Below are positions 9,195 through 18,627 of a stretch of DNA of 27,290 nt, one piece after another. The stretch's first letter is position 1; the number at the start of each line of letters is the position of its first letter. The translations under genes were made by a program, and so were the position numbers. Origin of the DNA: Clostridiales bacterium (GTDB lineage: Bacteria > Bacillota > Clostridia > Saccharofermentanales > Saccharofermentanaceae); contig JAFWDK010000002.1 in assembly GCA_017513085.1 (NCBI GenBank), positions 1 to 27,290 of the forward strand. The letters run 5' to 3'. The notes under the pieces are model-generated. The model was not told the origin of the DNA, searched no databases, and worked only from the letters and a program-made list of their open reading frames with translations.

Positions 9195-9223
9195 TTGACA
9201 AAAGAATCCGGCTCGCATAAAAT
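9195..9223 (+). promoter_or_regulatory. Sigma-A promoter of the his operon
   Basis: TTGACA-N17-TAAAAT. Confidence 0.88.
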
Positions 9224-9241
9224 ACACACATGATGTTTTAG

Positions 9242-9261
9242 CACTTTAACAAAGTAAAGCG
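9242..9261. promoter_or_regulatory. HisR (YerC/YecD, TrpR-like) operator
   Basis: CACTTTA-ACAAAG-TAAAGCG, one mismatch from the palindrome CACTTTA-N6-TAAAGTG, between the promoter and hisZ. Confidence 0.75.
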
Positions 9262-9326
9262 ATAAAGCGACGATGCAAAAACAGCATGCCTATATTATAT
9301 ATGAAAAACATAAGGAGGACTACCTC

Positions 9327-10532
9327 ATGGGAAATTATAGATTCCATACACCGGACGGTGTGATCGACATCCTGCCGCAGGACGTAAGTGTAAAGAGAAA
9401 GATCGAGGCCGACATCCGAGAGCTTTTTTCCGGGTACGGATACAGCGAGGTGGAAACACCGGGCATCGAATACTACGATGTTTATGCCAGTGGTGATTAC
9501 GTCGCGACAGAAGATATGTTTAAGATGACAGATATGGACGGACGTATCATCGCGATGCGTTTTGACGGGACGATCCCGGTTGCACGGCTTTCTGCCACGC
9601 TGTTGAAAGATGAGAAGCCACCGCTTCGTCTTTCATATATCGAGAATATGTTCCGCTTCAAAAAGGCAGGCGGCGGTAAGCTCCGTGAGTTCTCGCAGGC
9701 GGGCGTGGAGCTTCTGGGACTTCAAAACTCGGAAGCGGATGCGGAAGTGATCGCACTCGGCATTCAATCTGTCCTGACGACCGGAATTACGGATCTTCAG
9801 GTTTCTATCGGTCAGGTCGAATTCTTCAAGGGGCTGGCGGATGAATGGGGACTTTCTACAGAAGATGAGCTGGAACTCTCCACGGCAATAGACCAGAAGG
9901 ACATCGTCCGCATAGAGAAGACGGCAGAAAGATTAGGACTATCCGATGATGCGAAAGAGATCCTCGACATGATCTCCAACAAATTCGGCACCTACGATGT
10001 ACTGGATGCATTCGACAGCAAAGTCAAGAATGAACGTTCAAAAGCGGCTCTCAAGAATCTTCGTGAGATCCTTGAGGTACTGGAAGACTACGAACTGATC
10101 CAGTATGTATCCGTGGATCTGGGCATGCTCAGAAGTCTTGATTATTACACCGGCATGATCTTTAAGGGCTTCACCTATGAGATCGGCTTCCCGATCCTGG
10201 GCGGCGGACGCTACGATAAAGTCATTTCCAACTTCGGCCGGGAACTGGAAGCTGTCGGATTCTCACTGGGTATCAACCTGGTCCTGACCGCACTGCGCCG
10301 CCAGGACAAACTTCCGGAATTCGTGGAACTTGACGCCATTGTCGGATATAAGGAAGGCGAAGGAATGCGTAAGGCTGCTTTTGCTACGGCAAAAGAACTG
10401 CGGGCAATGGGCAATAAGGTCATTGTCGATACGGAGCATCGCACTGAAGAGGAGCTGGACGCCTACGCAGAAGAGCACGGTATTGATCAGGTCGTGTTTA
10501 TTGAAGAAGAGGATGAGGAGGAAGATTCATGA
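9327..10532 (+). CDS. hisZ: ATP phosphoribosyltransferase regulatory subunit
   Basis: HisRS-like: [34 protein letters not shown]; precedes short HisG; AAGGAGG before ATG 9327. Confidence 0.93.
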   Translation: MGNYRFHTPDGVIDILPQDVSVKRKIEADIRELFSGYGYSEVETPGIEYYDVYASGDYVATEDMFKMTDMDGRIIAMRFDGTIPVARLSATLLKDEKPPLRLSYIENMFRFKKAGGGKLREFSQAGVELLGLQNSEADAEVIALGIQSVLTTGITDLQVSIGQVEFFKGLADEWGLSTEDELELSTAIDQKDIVRIEKTAERLGLSDDAKEILDMISNKFGTYDVLDAFDSKVKNERSKAALKNLREILEVLEDYELIQYVSVDLGMLRSLDYYTGMIFKGFTYEIGFPILGGGRYDKVISNFGRELEAVGFSLGINLVLTALRRQDKLPEFVELDAIVGYKEGEGMRKAAFATAKELRAMGNKVIVDTEHRTEEELDAYAEEHGIDQVVFIEEEDEEEDS

Positions 10533-11188
10533 TCACTATTGCATTATCGAAAGGCCGTCTTGCGGAAAAAGCACTGGACCTTCTGGAGGCAGCAGGTTAC
10601 GATGTTTCTGCGGGGCGTGAAGAATCGAGAAAACTGATACTGGAAGACGAGAAGACGGGGCTTCGTTTCATTATGGCCAAACCGGCAGATGTACCGACGT
10701 ATGTGGAATACGGCGCGGCGGACATCGGCGTGGTCGGCAAGGATACGCTTCTTGAGGAAGGAAGAAATCTTTACGAGGTGATCGATCTGGGATTCGGCGC
10801 CTGCAGAATGTGTGTATGCGGTCCGGTTTCCCTGAAAGGAAAACTCGATCAGATCCCGAATAAGCGTGTGGCTTCCAAATATCCGAATATTACCCGCGCA
10901 TACTTTGAAGGAACGAAGAAGGAAAGCGTCGAGATCATCAAGCTTAATGGTTCTGTTGAACTGGCTCCGCTGATCGGTCTGGCCGAAGTAATCGTCGATA
11001 TCGTAGAGTCCGGACGCACGCTGAAAGAGAACGGTCTGGATGTTCTGGAAGTTGTGGCGGATATCTCGGCGAGAGTTGTTGTAAACCGCGTTTCCATGAA
11101 AATGAAAGAAGCAGAGATCGTGCCGATGCTGGATGCCTTGAGAAAACAGGTCGCCATCAAAAACGCACAGAAGAAGGAAGAAAAGTAA
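10529..11188 (+). CDS. hisG: ATP phosphoribosyltransferase, short form
   Basis: [43 protein letters not shown]. Confidence 0.97.
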   Translation: MITIALSKGRLAEKALDLLEAAGYDVSAGREESRKLILEDEKTGLRFIMAKPADVPTYVEYGAADIGVVGKDTLLEEGRNLYEVIDLGFGACRMCVCGPVSLKGKLDQIPNKRVASKYPNITRAYFEGTKKESVEIIKLNGSVELAPLIGLAEVIVDIVESGRTLKENGLDVLEVVADISARVVVNRVSMKMKEAEIVPMLDALRKQVAIKNAQKKEEK

Positions 11189-11199
11189 GGAGTAAACAT

Positions 11200-12507
11200 A
11201 TGAAGTGCAAGAAGTTACAAGCGCCCCAGAACGAACTGAAAAAGATCTGTGAAGAACTGGGCATGCGTGGCAAGATGGATCTGGGTCCGATCATCGAAGT
11301 AGTTAATGACGTGCTGGAAGATATCCGCCAAAACGGAGATGAGGCAGTTTTCAAATATACCAAGAAATTCGATAAAGCAGATATTAACGCATCCAATGTC
11401 CGGGTAACGGATCAGGAGATCGCAGATGCGATCGCATCTTTGGATCCGAACCTTCTGGCTGTTATAAAGAAATCTGCAGCAAATATTCTCGCTTTCCACG
11501 AGAAACAAGTGGAGACCGGATTTAAGATGGACGTCGGAAAAGGCGCAGAGATCGGTATGCGTGTCCGCCCGATCTCGGTTGCCGGTATCTATGTTCCGGG
11601 TGGAACGGCTCCGCTTCCGTCAACAGTTCTGATGGATGTGATCCCTGCGAAAGCAGCGGGCTGCCCGAGGATCGTGCTTTGTACTCCCCCGCGTGCGGAT
11701 GGAACAGTGGCACCTGTCATTCTTGCAGCGGCCAGCATCGCCGGCGCGACAGAAATCTACAAGGTCGGCGGTTCACAGGCAATCGCTGCGATGGCATACG
11801 GCACGGAGTCGATCCCGCGTGTGGATAAGATCTGCGGCCCTGGAAATATCTATGTGAATACCGCTAAACGACTGGTATTCGGTCAGGTGGACATCGATAT
11901 GTTTGCCGGCCCGAGTGAGATATTGATCATTGCGGATGATTCTGCTGTTCCAGAGTTTGTGGCGGCGGACTTCCTTTCCCAGGCCGAGCACGATGTACTC
12001 GCTTCCGCGATCCTTCTGACCACAAGCGAAAAACTGGCTGACGCAGTATACGAAGCTGTAGACAGAAGATCCGAGAAAAGCCTTAGAAAAGAGATCCTGA
12101 GCAAATCTCTCCCGACATATTGCGCGATCCTTGTGGTGGACGATATGGAGGCCGCGATTGCTTTCAGCGAAGAACTGGCTCCTGAGCACCTCGAACTTTG
12201 TGTAGCCGAGCCGGATAACTATATCGGACGTTTGAACAACGCCGGTGCGATCTTTGTAGGCAACTACACACCGGAACCTTTGGGCGACTACTTTGCCGGC
12301 CCGAACCACACGCTTCCGACATCCGGAACGGCAAGATTCTTCTCGCCGCTCAATACCGGCGACTTCTTCAAGAAGATCAGCGTCCTGCGCTATAACGAAG
12401 AATCCTTGCGCGAATGCTATCAGGACGTAGCCGCTTTTGCCGACGCGGAAGGCCTGGAGTGTCATGCCAGTGCCGTACGTGTCAGATTTGAAGATGAAAG
12501 AAAATGA
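11200..12507 (+). CDS. hisD: Histidinol dehydrogenase
   Basis: GIYVPGG, GPGNIYV, IDMFAGPSE, SQAEHD, APEHLEL, GDYFAGPNHTLPT. Confidence 0.97.
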   Translation: MKCKKLQAPQNELKKICEELGMRGKMDLGPIIEVVNDVLEDIRQNGDEAVFKYTKKFDKADINASNVRVTDQEIADAIASLDPNLLAVIKKSAANILAFHEKQVETGFKMDVGKGAEIGMRVRPISVAGIYVPGGTAPLPSTVLMDVIPAKAAGCPRIVLCTPPRADGTVAPVILAAASIAGATEIYKVGGSQAIAAMAYGTESIPRVDKICGPGNIYVNTAKRLVFGQVDIDMFAGPSEILIIADDSAVPEFVAADFLSQAEHDVLASAILLTTSEKLADAVYEAVDRRSEKSLRKEILSKSLPTYCAILVVDDMEAAIAFSEELAPEHLELCVAEPDNYIGRLNNAGAIFVGNYTPEPLGDYFAGPNHTLPTSGTARFFSPLNTGDFFKKISVLRYNEESLRECYQDVAAFADAEGLECHASAVRVRFEDERK

Positions 12508-12517
12508 GGACGAAAGA

Positions 12518-13597
12518 ATGAGCCGTTTCTGGAACGAAAAAACGAAAAGCATTGTGCCTTATGTGGCCGGTGAGCAGCCCAAGCCGGGTCAGAAGGTCAT
12601 TAAACTGAATACAAATGAGAATCCTTATCCGGCTTCTCCGAAAGTCCGGGAAGCCATTGAAAGTGTGGAGATCGCGAAACTTGCCCGCTATCCTGAAACG
12701 TCCAGTATGATCGTGCGAGAAGAACTGGCAAAAGTTCTCGGCGTGAAGCCACAGCAGGTCTTCTGCGGAAACGGATCGGATGAAGTACTGGCGTTTTCTT
12801 TTCAGGCGTTTTTTGAGCAGGGGGAAGATAAGAAGCCTCTCCTGACTCCGGATATTTCTTATAGTTTTTATCCGGTTTATGCGGACCTTTATAACATTCC
12901 GATCAAAAAGATCCCGTTGAAAGATGACTTCAGTATCGATGTGGAGGCTTTTTGCCGCGAAGAACAGGGCGGTGTGGCGTTTGCCAACCCGAATGCGCCG
13001 ACGTCTCTTCTTCTGGGTCTGGACGATGTGGAGAAGATCCTTAAGGCGAATCCGAACCATGTGGTGCTGGTAGACGAGGCATATGCCGCATTCTCCGGAC
13101 AGACCGCGCGGACGCTTCTTCCTAAGTATAAGAACCTGCTGGTGACGGGAACACTTTCCAAATCCCACTCGCTTGCAGGCATCCGTCTTGGCTTTGCGGT
13201 TGGCGATGAAGAACTGATCGAGGGCCTTTGCCGCATCCGGGATTCTTTTAACTCTTATCCTGTGGATTGCATTGCGCAGGCTGTAGCCGCAATGGCGGTA
13301 CATGAGGATGCGTGGGTCAACGAGAATGTCAGGAAGATCTGCAGTACCCGTGACCGGATCGCTACTATGCTTCAGACACGAGGCTGGAAGGTGTTGCCGT
13401 CCAAGACGAATTTCCTGTTCGCAAGCCCCGTCAGCCGGAGTGCGGAAAGCGTCTACACAAAACTTCGTGAGAAAGGTATACTGGTAAGGTATTTTAATAA
13501 ACCGAGGATTTCCGAATATCTTCGTATCTCCATTGGTACGGATGAGGAAATGGACGCATTGGTTGAGGCAATCGATGCGATAAATGAAGGGAAGTAA
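12518..13597 (+). CDS. hisC: Histidinol-phosphate aminotransferase
   Basis: KLNTNENPY, GNGSDE, NPNAPT, VDEAY, PLP-Lys motif TLSKSHSLAGIRLG; ATG 12518 after GAGGA. Confidence 0.95.
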   Translation: MSRFWNEKTKSIVPYVAGEQPKPGQKVIKLNTNENPYPASPKVREAIESVEIAKLARYPETSSMIVREELAKVLGVKPQQVFCGNGSDEVLAFSFQAFFEQGEDKKPLLTPDISYSFYPVYADLYNIPIKKIPLKDDFSIDVEAFCREEQGGVAFANPNAPTSLLLGLDDVEKILKANPNHVVLVDEAYAAFSGQTARTLLPKYKNLLVTGTLSKSHSLAGIRLGFAVGDEELIEGLCRIRDSFNSYPVDCIAQAVAAMAVHEDAWVNENVRKICSTRDRIATMLQTRGWKVLPSKTNFLFASPVSRSAESVYTKLREKGILVRYFNKPRISEYLRISIGTDEEMDALVEAIDAINEGK

Positions 13598-13599
13598 AA

Positions 13600-14190
13600 A
13601 TGGCAAGAGCGGCATCTCAAGAGAGAAATACGAAAGAGACGAAGATCAAGGCCAGTATCGATCTTGACGGAACGGGTCTGAGTGACATCAATACCGGTAT
13701 CGGGTTTCTGGATCACATGCTGGATCTTCTGGCACGGCACAGCGGGATGAATCTGAGCGTGACCTGTGATGGAGATCTCAACGTGGACGGACATCACACA
13801 ACAGAGGATATCGGTATCGTGATCGGAAAGATCATGGGTGAAGCGCTGGGCGACAAGCGCGGGATCAATCGTTATGGTTTTGCTTCCATTCCGATGGACG
13901 AGGCCCTGGCACAGTGTTCACTGGATATTTCCGGACGCCCGTTTCTCGTGCTTCAGGCAGAATTCGGTGGAGAGTATGTCGGCGAATTCGCTACGGAACT
14001 TGTCGAAGAATTTTTCCGCGCCGTTGCTTTTAACGCAGGACTGACATTGCACCTGAAGTGTGAATACGGCGCGAACGACCACCATAAGATCGAAGCGATG
14101 TTCAAGGCTTTTGCCCGTGCGCTTCGTCAGGCGGTTGCCATTGATGAGAAATTCAAAGACCAGATCCCGTCTACGAAAGGCGTGCTCTGA
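13600..14190 (+). CDS. hisB: Imidazoleglycerol-phosphate dehydratase (monofunctional)
   Basis: RNTKET, GFLDHML, DGHHTTED, PMDE, NDHHKIEA, PSTKGVL. Confidence 0.97.
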   Translation: MARAASQERNTKETKIKASIDLDGTGLSDINTGIGFLDHMLDLLARHSGMNLSVTCDGDLNVDGHHTTEDIGIVIGKIMGEALGDKRGINRYGFASIPMDEALAQCSLDISGRPFLVLQAEFGGEYVGEFATELVEEFFRAVAFNAGLTLHLKCEYGANDHHKIEAMFKAFARALRQAVAIDEKFKDQIPSTKGVL

Positions 14191-14191
14191 T

Positions 14192-14614
14192 ATGTTGGAG
14201 AATTATCCGTATAATGATGAATTTGAAGCTTGGGAGATGACTCTTCCGGTTTTCGATGCACAGGTCAAAGTTCTGACACAGGCCGCGGATGAACTGGAGT
14301 TCGTCAAGCGTTCCGTGGAACTTCGGCAGAGGATCGAGTGGCTGAATACGAAAGATCAGGAGATATGCGATCTGCTTTCTTCCAAGGATCTTACCGTGGA
14401 CGGGGATGCCAGATTCGAACTGCGTCCGGCGGAGATCGCTGTGGTCAAGTGTTACGCCGAGATGCTCCCGGAGGGCATCGCGCTCGATCTGATCATTGCG
14501 ATCGTAGCCACAGGCATCGAGAAAGAAGTGTCCATGTTCGTGGACGAGTTTGACAACATGGAAGTGCTTGGAGAATACAAGGAAGATGATTCCGAGTTCT
14601 CCGAGGACGCATGA
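14192..14614 (+). CDS. Hypothetical acidic protein (140 aa) within the his operon
   Basis: ATG 1 nt after the hisB stop; fills the gap to purC; codon style like its neighbours; no recognised motif. Confidence 0.75.
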   Translation: MLENYPYNDEFEAWEMTLPVFDAQVKVLTQAADELEFVKRSVELRQRIEWLNTKDQEICDLLSSKDLTVDGDARFELRPAEIAVVKCYAEMLPEGIALDLIIAIVATGIEKEVSMFVDEFDNMEVLGEYKEDDSEFSEDA

Positions 14615-14652
14615 GAATAAAGCGTATATTAAGAAAAGTGAGGAATAAACTT

Positions 14653-15540
14653 ATGGCAACATTACGAGACACAGATTTTATCGATTTACCGGTATTCATC
14701 AAGGGTAAGGTCAGAAACGTGTACGATCTGGGAGATTCACTCCTGATGGTGGTTACCGACCGTATCTCCGCTTTCGACGTCGTTTTTAACGAGTGTATCC
14801 CGGATAAAGGCAAGGTATTGAGTTCCATCTCTGCATTCTGGTTCGATTTTACCAAGGACATTATTCCAAATCATGTGATCACGACAGACCCGAAGGAGTA
14901 TCCGATGGGCCTGGATAAGTACGAAGAAGAACTGCGTGGCCGTTCCATGCTGGTTAAGAAAGTAAAGATGCTTCCGGCCGAGTGTATCGTAAGAGGTTAC
15001 CTCGAAGGTTCCGCGCTGAAAGAATACAGAGCACAGGGTACCGTCGGCGGCATGAAGATGCCGGAAGGCCTGAAGCAGGGTGATAAACTGCCGCAGCCGC
15101 TTTTCACTCCGTCCACGAAGGCGGATGAAGGCCACGATATCAATATCACATACGAGCAGCTGATCGATCTTCTCGGAGAAGAAGATGCAAAAGCACTGAA
15201 GGATGCGGCTTTGGCTCTTTATACCAAGGTTTCCGAATATGCGCTTACACGTGGCCTGATCCTGGCGGATACCAAGTTTGAGTTTGGTAAGATCGATGGC
15301 AAGCTGGTAGTTGCTGATGAGATGTTTACACCGGACTCCTCCCGTTTCTGGGATCTTTCCGACTACGAGCCGGGCCGCGCCCAGAAGAGCTTCGACAAGC
15401 AGTATCTCCGCGAGTGGCTGGAAACACTGGATTGGGATAAGACCTATCCGGCACCGAAGCTCCCGGACGAAATCATCGAGAAGACAGCAGAAAAGTATAG
15501 AGAGTGCTACCGTCTGCTGACCGGAAAGGAACTTGCATGA
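14653..15540 (+). CDS. purC: SAICAR synthetase (long, Ade1-like type)
   Basis: GKVRNVYD, TDRISAFD, ECIVRGY, FTPSTKA, ADTKFEFG, DEMFTPDSSRFW, SFDKQ; GAGGA RBS (alternative start 14611 overlaps the upstream stop). Confidence 0.95.
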   Translation: MATLRDTDFIDLPVFIKGKVRNVYDLGDSLLMVVTDRISAFDVVFNECIPDKGKVLSSISAFWFDFTKDIIPNHVITTDPKEYPMGLDKYEEELRGRSMLVKKVKMLPAECIVRGYLEGSALKEYRAQGTVGGMKMPEGLKQGDKLPQPLFTPSTKADEGHDINITYEQLIDLLGEEDAKALKDAALALYTKVSEYALTRGLILADTKFEFGKIDGKLVVADEMFTPDSSRFWDLSDYEPGRAQKSFDKQYLREWLETLDWDKTYPAPKLPDEIIEKTAEKYRECYRLLTGKELA

Positions 15541-16151
15541 TCGCCATAATCGATTATGGAATGGGTAATCTCGGTTCCGTGCAAAAAGCACTGGCTTTCT
15601 TAGGTTACGAGAGTGATATCACCAATGATCCGTCCCGCGTTATGGCGGCAGACGGAGTCATCCTTCCAGGAGTCGGCGCTATTGGCGCGGCCATGGAAGC
15701 TTTGAACGGCAAGGGCCTGGATAAGGTGGTGCATGAGTACATCGATACCGGAAGACCTTTCCTCGGAATATGCCTCGGCATGCAGATGCTTTTTGATACT
15801 TCGGAAGAATCTTTCGGCGGTGAGCCGGTACAAGGACTTTCGGTCCTTCCCGGCAAAGTTGTCCGTTTCCCGGCCGATATGGGACTTAAGGTTCCGCAGA
15901 TCGGATGGAACGACCTTTCTTCCCGAAATGAGATCCTGCCGCAAGGTGAATATGTATATTTCGTGCATTCCTACTACTGTGTGCCGGAAAGAGAAGAGGA
16001 TATTGCCGCTACCACGACATATGGCCGTGAGTATTGTTGCAGTGTCAAAAGAGATAATGTTTTCGCCTGCCAGTTCCATCCGGAAAAGAGCGGCGAAGTA
16101 GGACTTCGTATTCTGGACCGCTGGGCCAGACAGACGAGAAAGGACGGATAA
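15537..16151 (+). CDS. hisH: IGP synthase glutaminase subunit
   Basis: [33 protein letters not shown]; ATGA overlap with the purC stop. Confidence 0.96.
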   Translation: MIAIIDYGMGNLGSVQKALAFLGYESDITNDPSRVMAADGVILPGVGAIGAAMEALNGKGLDKVVHEYIDTGRPFLGICLGMQMLFDTSEESFGGEPVQGLSVLPGKVVRFPADMGLKVPQIGWNDLSSRNEILPQGEYVYFVHSYYCVPEREEDIAATTTYGREYCCSVKRDNVFACQFHPEKSGEVGLRILDRWARQTRKDG

Positions 16152-16152
16152 T

Positions 16153-17343
16153 ATGCTGAGTAAGAGAATTATTCCATGTCTGGATGTAAAGAACGGACGT
16201 GTCGTAAAAGGAACGAACTTTATTTCTCTGCGCGATGCCGGAGACCCGGTGGAGTGTGCCAAGGCATACAATGAAGCCGGTGCGGATGAACTGGTTTTTC
16301 TTGATATTTCCGCAACCGTGGAAGGCAGAGGCACTGTGGTCGATATGGTCAAGCGTGTTGCCGAGCAGGTGTTTATTCCGTTTACGGTCGGTGGCGGAAT
16401 CCGGAGCGTCGAGGATATCCGTGAGATCTTAAATGCAGGTGCAGACAAGATCTCCTTGAATTCCGCTGCGGTAAAAGATCCGGAACTGGTCCGCCGGGCA
16501 AGTGAAAAATTCGGTTCACAGTGCGTGGTCGTTGCTATCGACGTGCGCGAAAGAACTGGCGGCAAGATCCGTATTGCCAGCACCGATGCTTCTTTCTCGG
16601 GAATCGATGAGACGGCTTCCGAAGAAGATAACAGTAAATTCCCGAGCGGTTATGAGGTAGTCGTGGCCGGAGGAACCAAGCCGACCGGACTCGATGCAGT
16701 CGAGTGGGCCAGGAAAGTCGAGGCTTTGGGCGCGGGCGAGATCCTGCTGACAAGCCTGGACCGTGATGGTACCAAGTCCGGGTTTGACAATGTGATCACA
16801 CGTGCCATCGCAGATGCGGTCTCGATCCCGGTCATTGCTTCCGGGGGTGCAGGTAAACTGGAAGATTTTTATGACGGTATTGTGGATGGCGGCGCGGACG
16901 CGGTTCTGGCAGCCAGCCTTTTCCATTTCGGTGAGATCCAGATCCCGGAGCTGAAGGCCTATCTTTCGGGACGTGGTATTCCGGTCCGCACCATGAGCTC
17001 GACGCTTTCTCTGTGGCAGTCTTTGAAAAAAGATCCGCAGGGGCTGGTTCCTGCGATCGTGGTCGAGGATTCCACCAAGGATGTCCTGATGCTGGCATAT
17101 ATGGATTATGAAGCACTGGAGAAAACACTGGAGACGAAGCTCATGCACTATCACTCCAGAAGCAGGAACGAACTTTGGAAGAAGGGGGAGACATCCGGCC
17201 ATTTCCAGCATGTTAAGAAAGTCATGCTTGACTGCGACCGCGATACCCTGCTATTCTACTGTGACCAGGACGGAGCGGCCTGCCATACAGGCAACCATAC
17301 CTGTTTCTATACGGAAGTGACGGTTCCGGAAGAAAAGAAATAA
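16153..17343 (+). CDS. hisF: Fusion of IGP synthase cyclase (HisF) and phosphoribosyl-AMP cyclohydrolase (HisI)
   Basis: [39 protein letters not shown]; then [35 protein letters not shown]. Confidence 0.93.
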   Translation: MLSKRIIPCLDVKNGRVVKGTNFISLRDAGDPVECAKAYNEAGADELVFLDISATVEGRGTVVDMVKRVAEQVFIPFTVGGGIRSVEDIREILNAGADKISLNSAAVKDPELVRRASEKFGSQCVVVAIDVRERTGGKIRIASTDASFSGIDETASEEDNSKFPSGYEVVVAGGTKPTGLDAVEWARKVEALGAGEILLTSLDRDGTKSGFDNVITRAIADAVSIPVIASGGAGKLEDFYDGIVDGGADAVLAASLFHFGEIQIPELKAYLSGRGIPVRTMSSTLSLWQSLKKDPQGLVPAIVVEDSTKDVLMLAYMDYEALEKTLETKLMHYHSRSRNELWKKGETSGHFQHVKKVMLDCDRDTLLFYCDQDGAACHTGNHTCFYTEVTVPEEKK

Positions 17344-17396
17344 GATAACAACGGACAAGCGGAAGTGCTTGTTCCGAAGAAAAGGGGAATAGAAGA

Positions 17397-17684
17397 ATGG
17401 ATGCAAACAGCACAAACGTAATCCGCGACCTTTATGATCTGATCCTGGACCGTAAGGCCAATCCGGTAGATGGTTCCTATACCAACTATCTGTTTGACAA
17501 GGGGATCGAGAAGATCGGAAAGAAAGTGGGCGAAGAAGCAATCGAAGCGATCATCTCTGCAAGCCGTGGAGATAAAGAGAATACGATACAGGAACTGGCG
17601 GATCTCTTTTATCATGCTATGGTCATGATGGCGCAGATGGGGATCACACCGGAAGACGTGGAGAACGAGCTGAAGAAAAGATAA
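17397..17684 (+). CDS. hisE: Phosphoribosyl-ATP pyrophosphatase
   Basis: SYTNYLF, KKVGEEAIE, ELADLFYH, EL.KR. Confidence 0.95.
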   Translation: MDANSTNVIRDLYDLILDRKANPVDGSYTNYLFDKGIEKIGKKVGEEAIEAIISASRGDKENTIQELADLFYHAMVMMAQMGITPEDVENELKKR

Positions 17685-17819
17685 AATTACAGACGGAGAC
17701 AGGCTGACGTTTCCGAAAAAACATCAGGAATCGCCTTGCGAAAATCACGGCTGCTTCAGAGGCATCTGATCCCCTGAAACAGCCGAAGAACTTTTTTCTG
17801 GAGAAAACTGACATTTTCG

Positions 17820-17848
17820 TTGACATAAACTTGACCCTGTGTTATCAT
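17820..17848 (+). promoter_or_regulatory. Sigma-A promoter of the rpmG-secE-nusG cluster
   Basis: TTGACA-N17-TATCAT. Confidence 0.8.
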
Positions 17849-17942
17849 ATCCGTTGCTATCGCCGTTTAGGTCTATTTTTAATGCGCGAATTTTCACATC
17901 GGAAGAAGTGAAGAAGCACATATTTTTTGGAGGTGTTCGAAC

Positions 17943-18110
17943 ATGGCAACCAAAGCAGGAGCACGTGATAAGCTCACACTGGCTTGTGAAGAGTGCAAGC
18001 AGAGAAATTATCAGACATACAAGAACAAGAAGAACGATCCGGATCGTCTGGAGATCAAGAAGTACTGCAAGTTCTGCCGTAAGCATACTGTACACAAGGA
18101 AACAAAGTAA
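17943..18110 (+). CDS. rpmG: 50S ribosomal protein L33, zinc-binding type (not in the supplied ORF track)
   Basis: Translates [55 protein letters not shown]; GGAGGTG RBS; two CxxC motifs. Confidence 0.96.
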   Translation: MATKAGARDKLTLACEECKQRNYQTYKNKKNDPDRLEIKKYCKFCRKHTVHKETK

Positions 18111-18148
18111 TTTTCTGTTTCATTTCAAGGAAGAAGAGGGTATGACCA

Positions 18149-18562
18149 ATGGCTGACAATAAGAAGAAACCGAACATCTTCAAGCGTATAGCACAGAAGT
18201 TCAACGATGTTCGTCTTGAACTCAAGCGAGTAATATGGCCGACAAAGGAAAAGCTGGTGCAGACATCTGCAGTAGTTCTGGTTGTCATTGCCGTGTGCGC
18301 CATCCTTCTGACGGCGATCGGCAAGGGAGCCTCTTGGGTTCTTGAAAAAGTCGGATTCTATGATCAGGCAGTTGAGACAACTGCATCAACAGCAGCTACG
18401 AGTCTGGAAGGGTATACAGTTCCGACGACGACAGCCGATCCTAATGCGGAAACAACAACTGCTTCTGATGCAGAGACATCTGCTTCTGAAGAGGGAATCT
18501 CCGAGGCGGACAAGACTGTTGGAGAAACTGCTGAAGATACAGCAGCACCGTCTGAGACTTAA
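18149..18562 (+). CDS. secE: Preprotein translocase subunit SecE with C-terminal extension
   Basis: ELKRVIWPT motif followed by one TM helix; lies between rpmG and nusG. Confidence 0.93.
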   Translation: MADNKKKPNIFKRIAQKFNDVRLELKRVIWPTKEKLVQTSAVVLVVIAVCAILLTAIGKGASWVLEKVGFYDQAVETTASTAATSLEGYTVPTTTADPNAETTTASDAETSASEEGISEADKTVGETAEDTAAPSET

Positions 18563-18627
18563 TACGCATTCGTTATTGGGAAGTATCGCAAGATGCTTCT
18601 CATGCTTGTTGAATAGAGGAGCGAGAC

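Noticed and set aside
9273-9326. His-containing upstream extension of hisZ as an attenuator leader peptide
   Set aside because: Only two non-adjacent His codons, in frame with hisZ with no stop, and no terminator/antiterminator; the real start is 9327 after AAGGAGG
17748-17800. Terminator after hisE (CGGCTGCTTCAG...CTGAAACAGCCG)
   Set aside because: Imperfect stem, large loop and a T-run displaced by several bases; too weak to call
17839-18156. 105-aa ORF from the supplied track
   Set aside because: Wrong frame; the real gene is rpmG at 17943-18110
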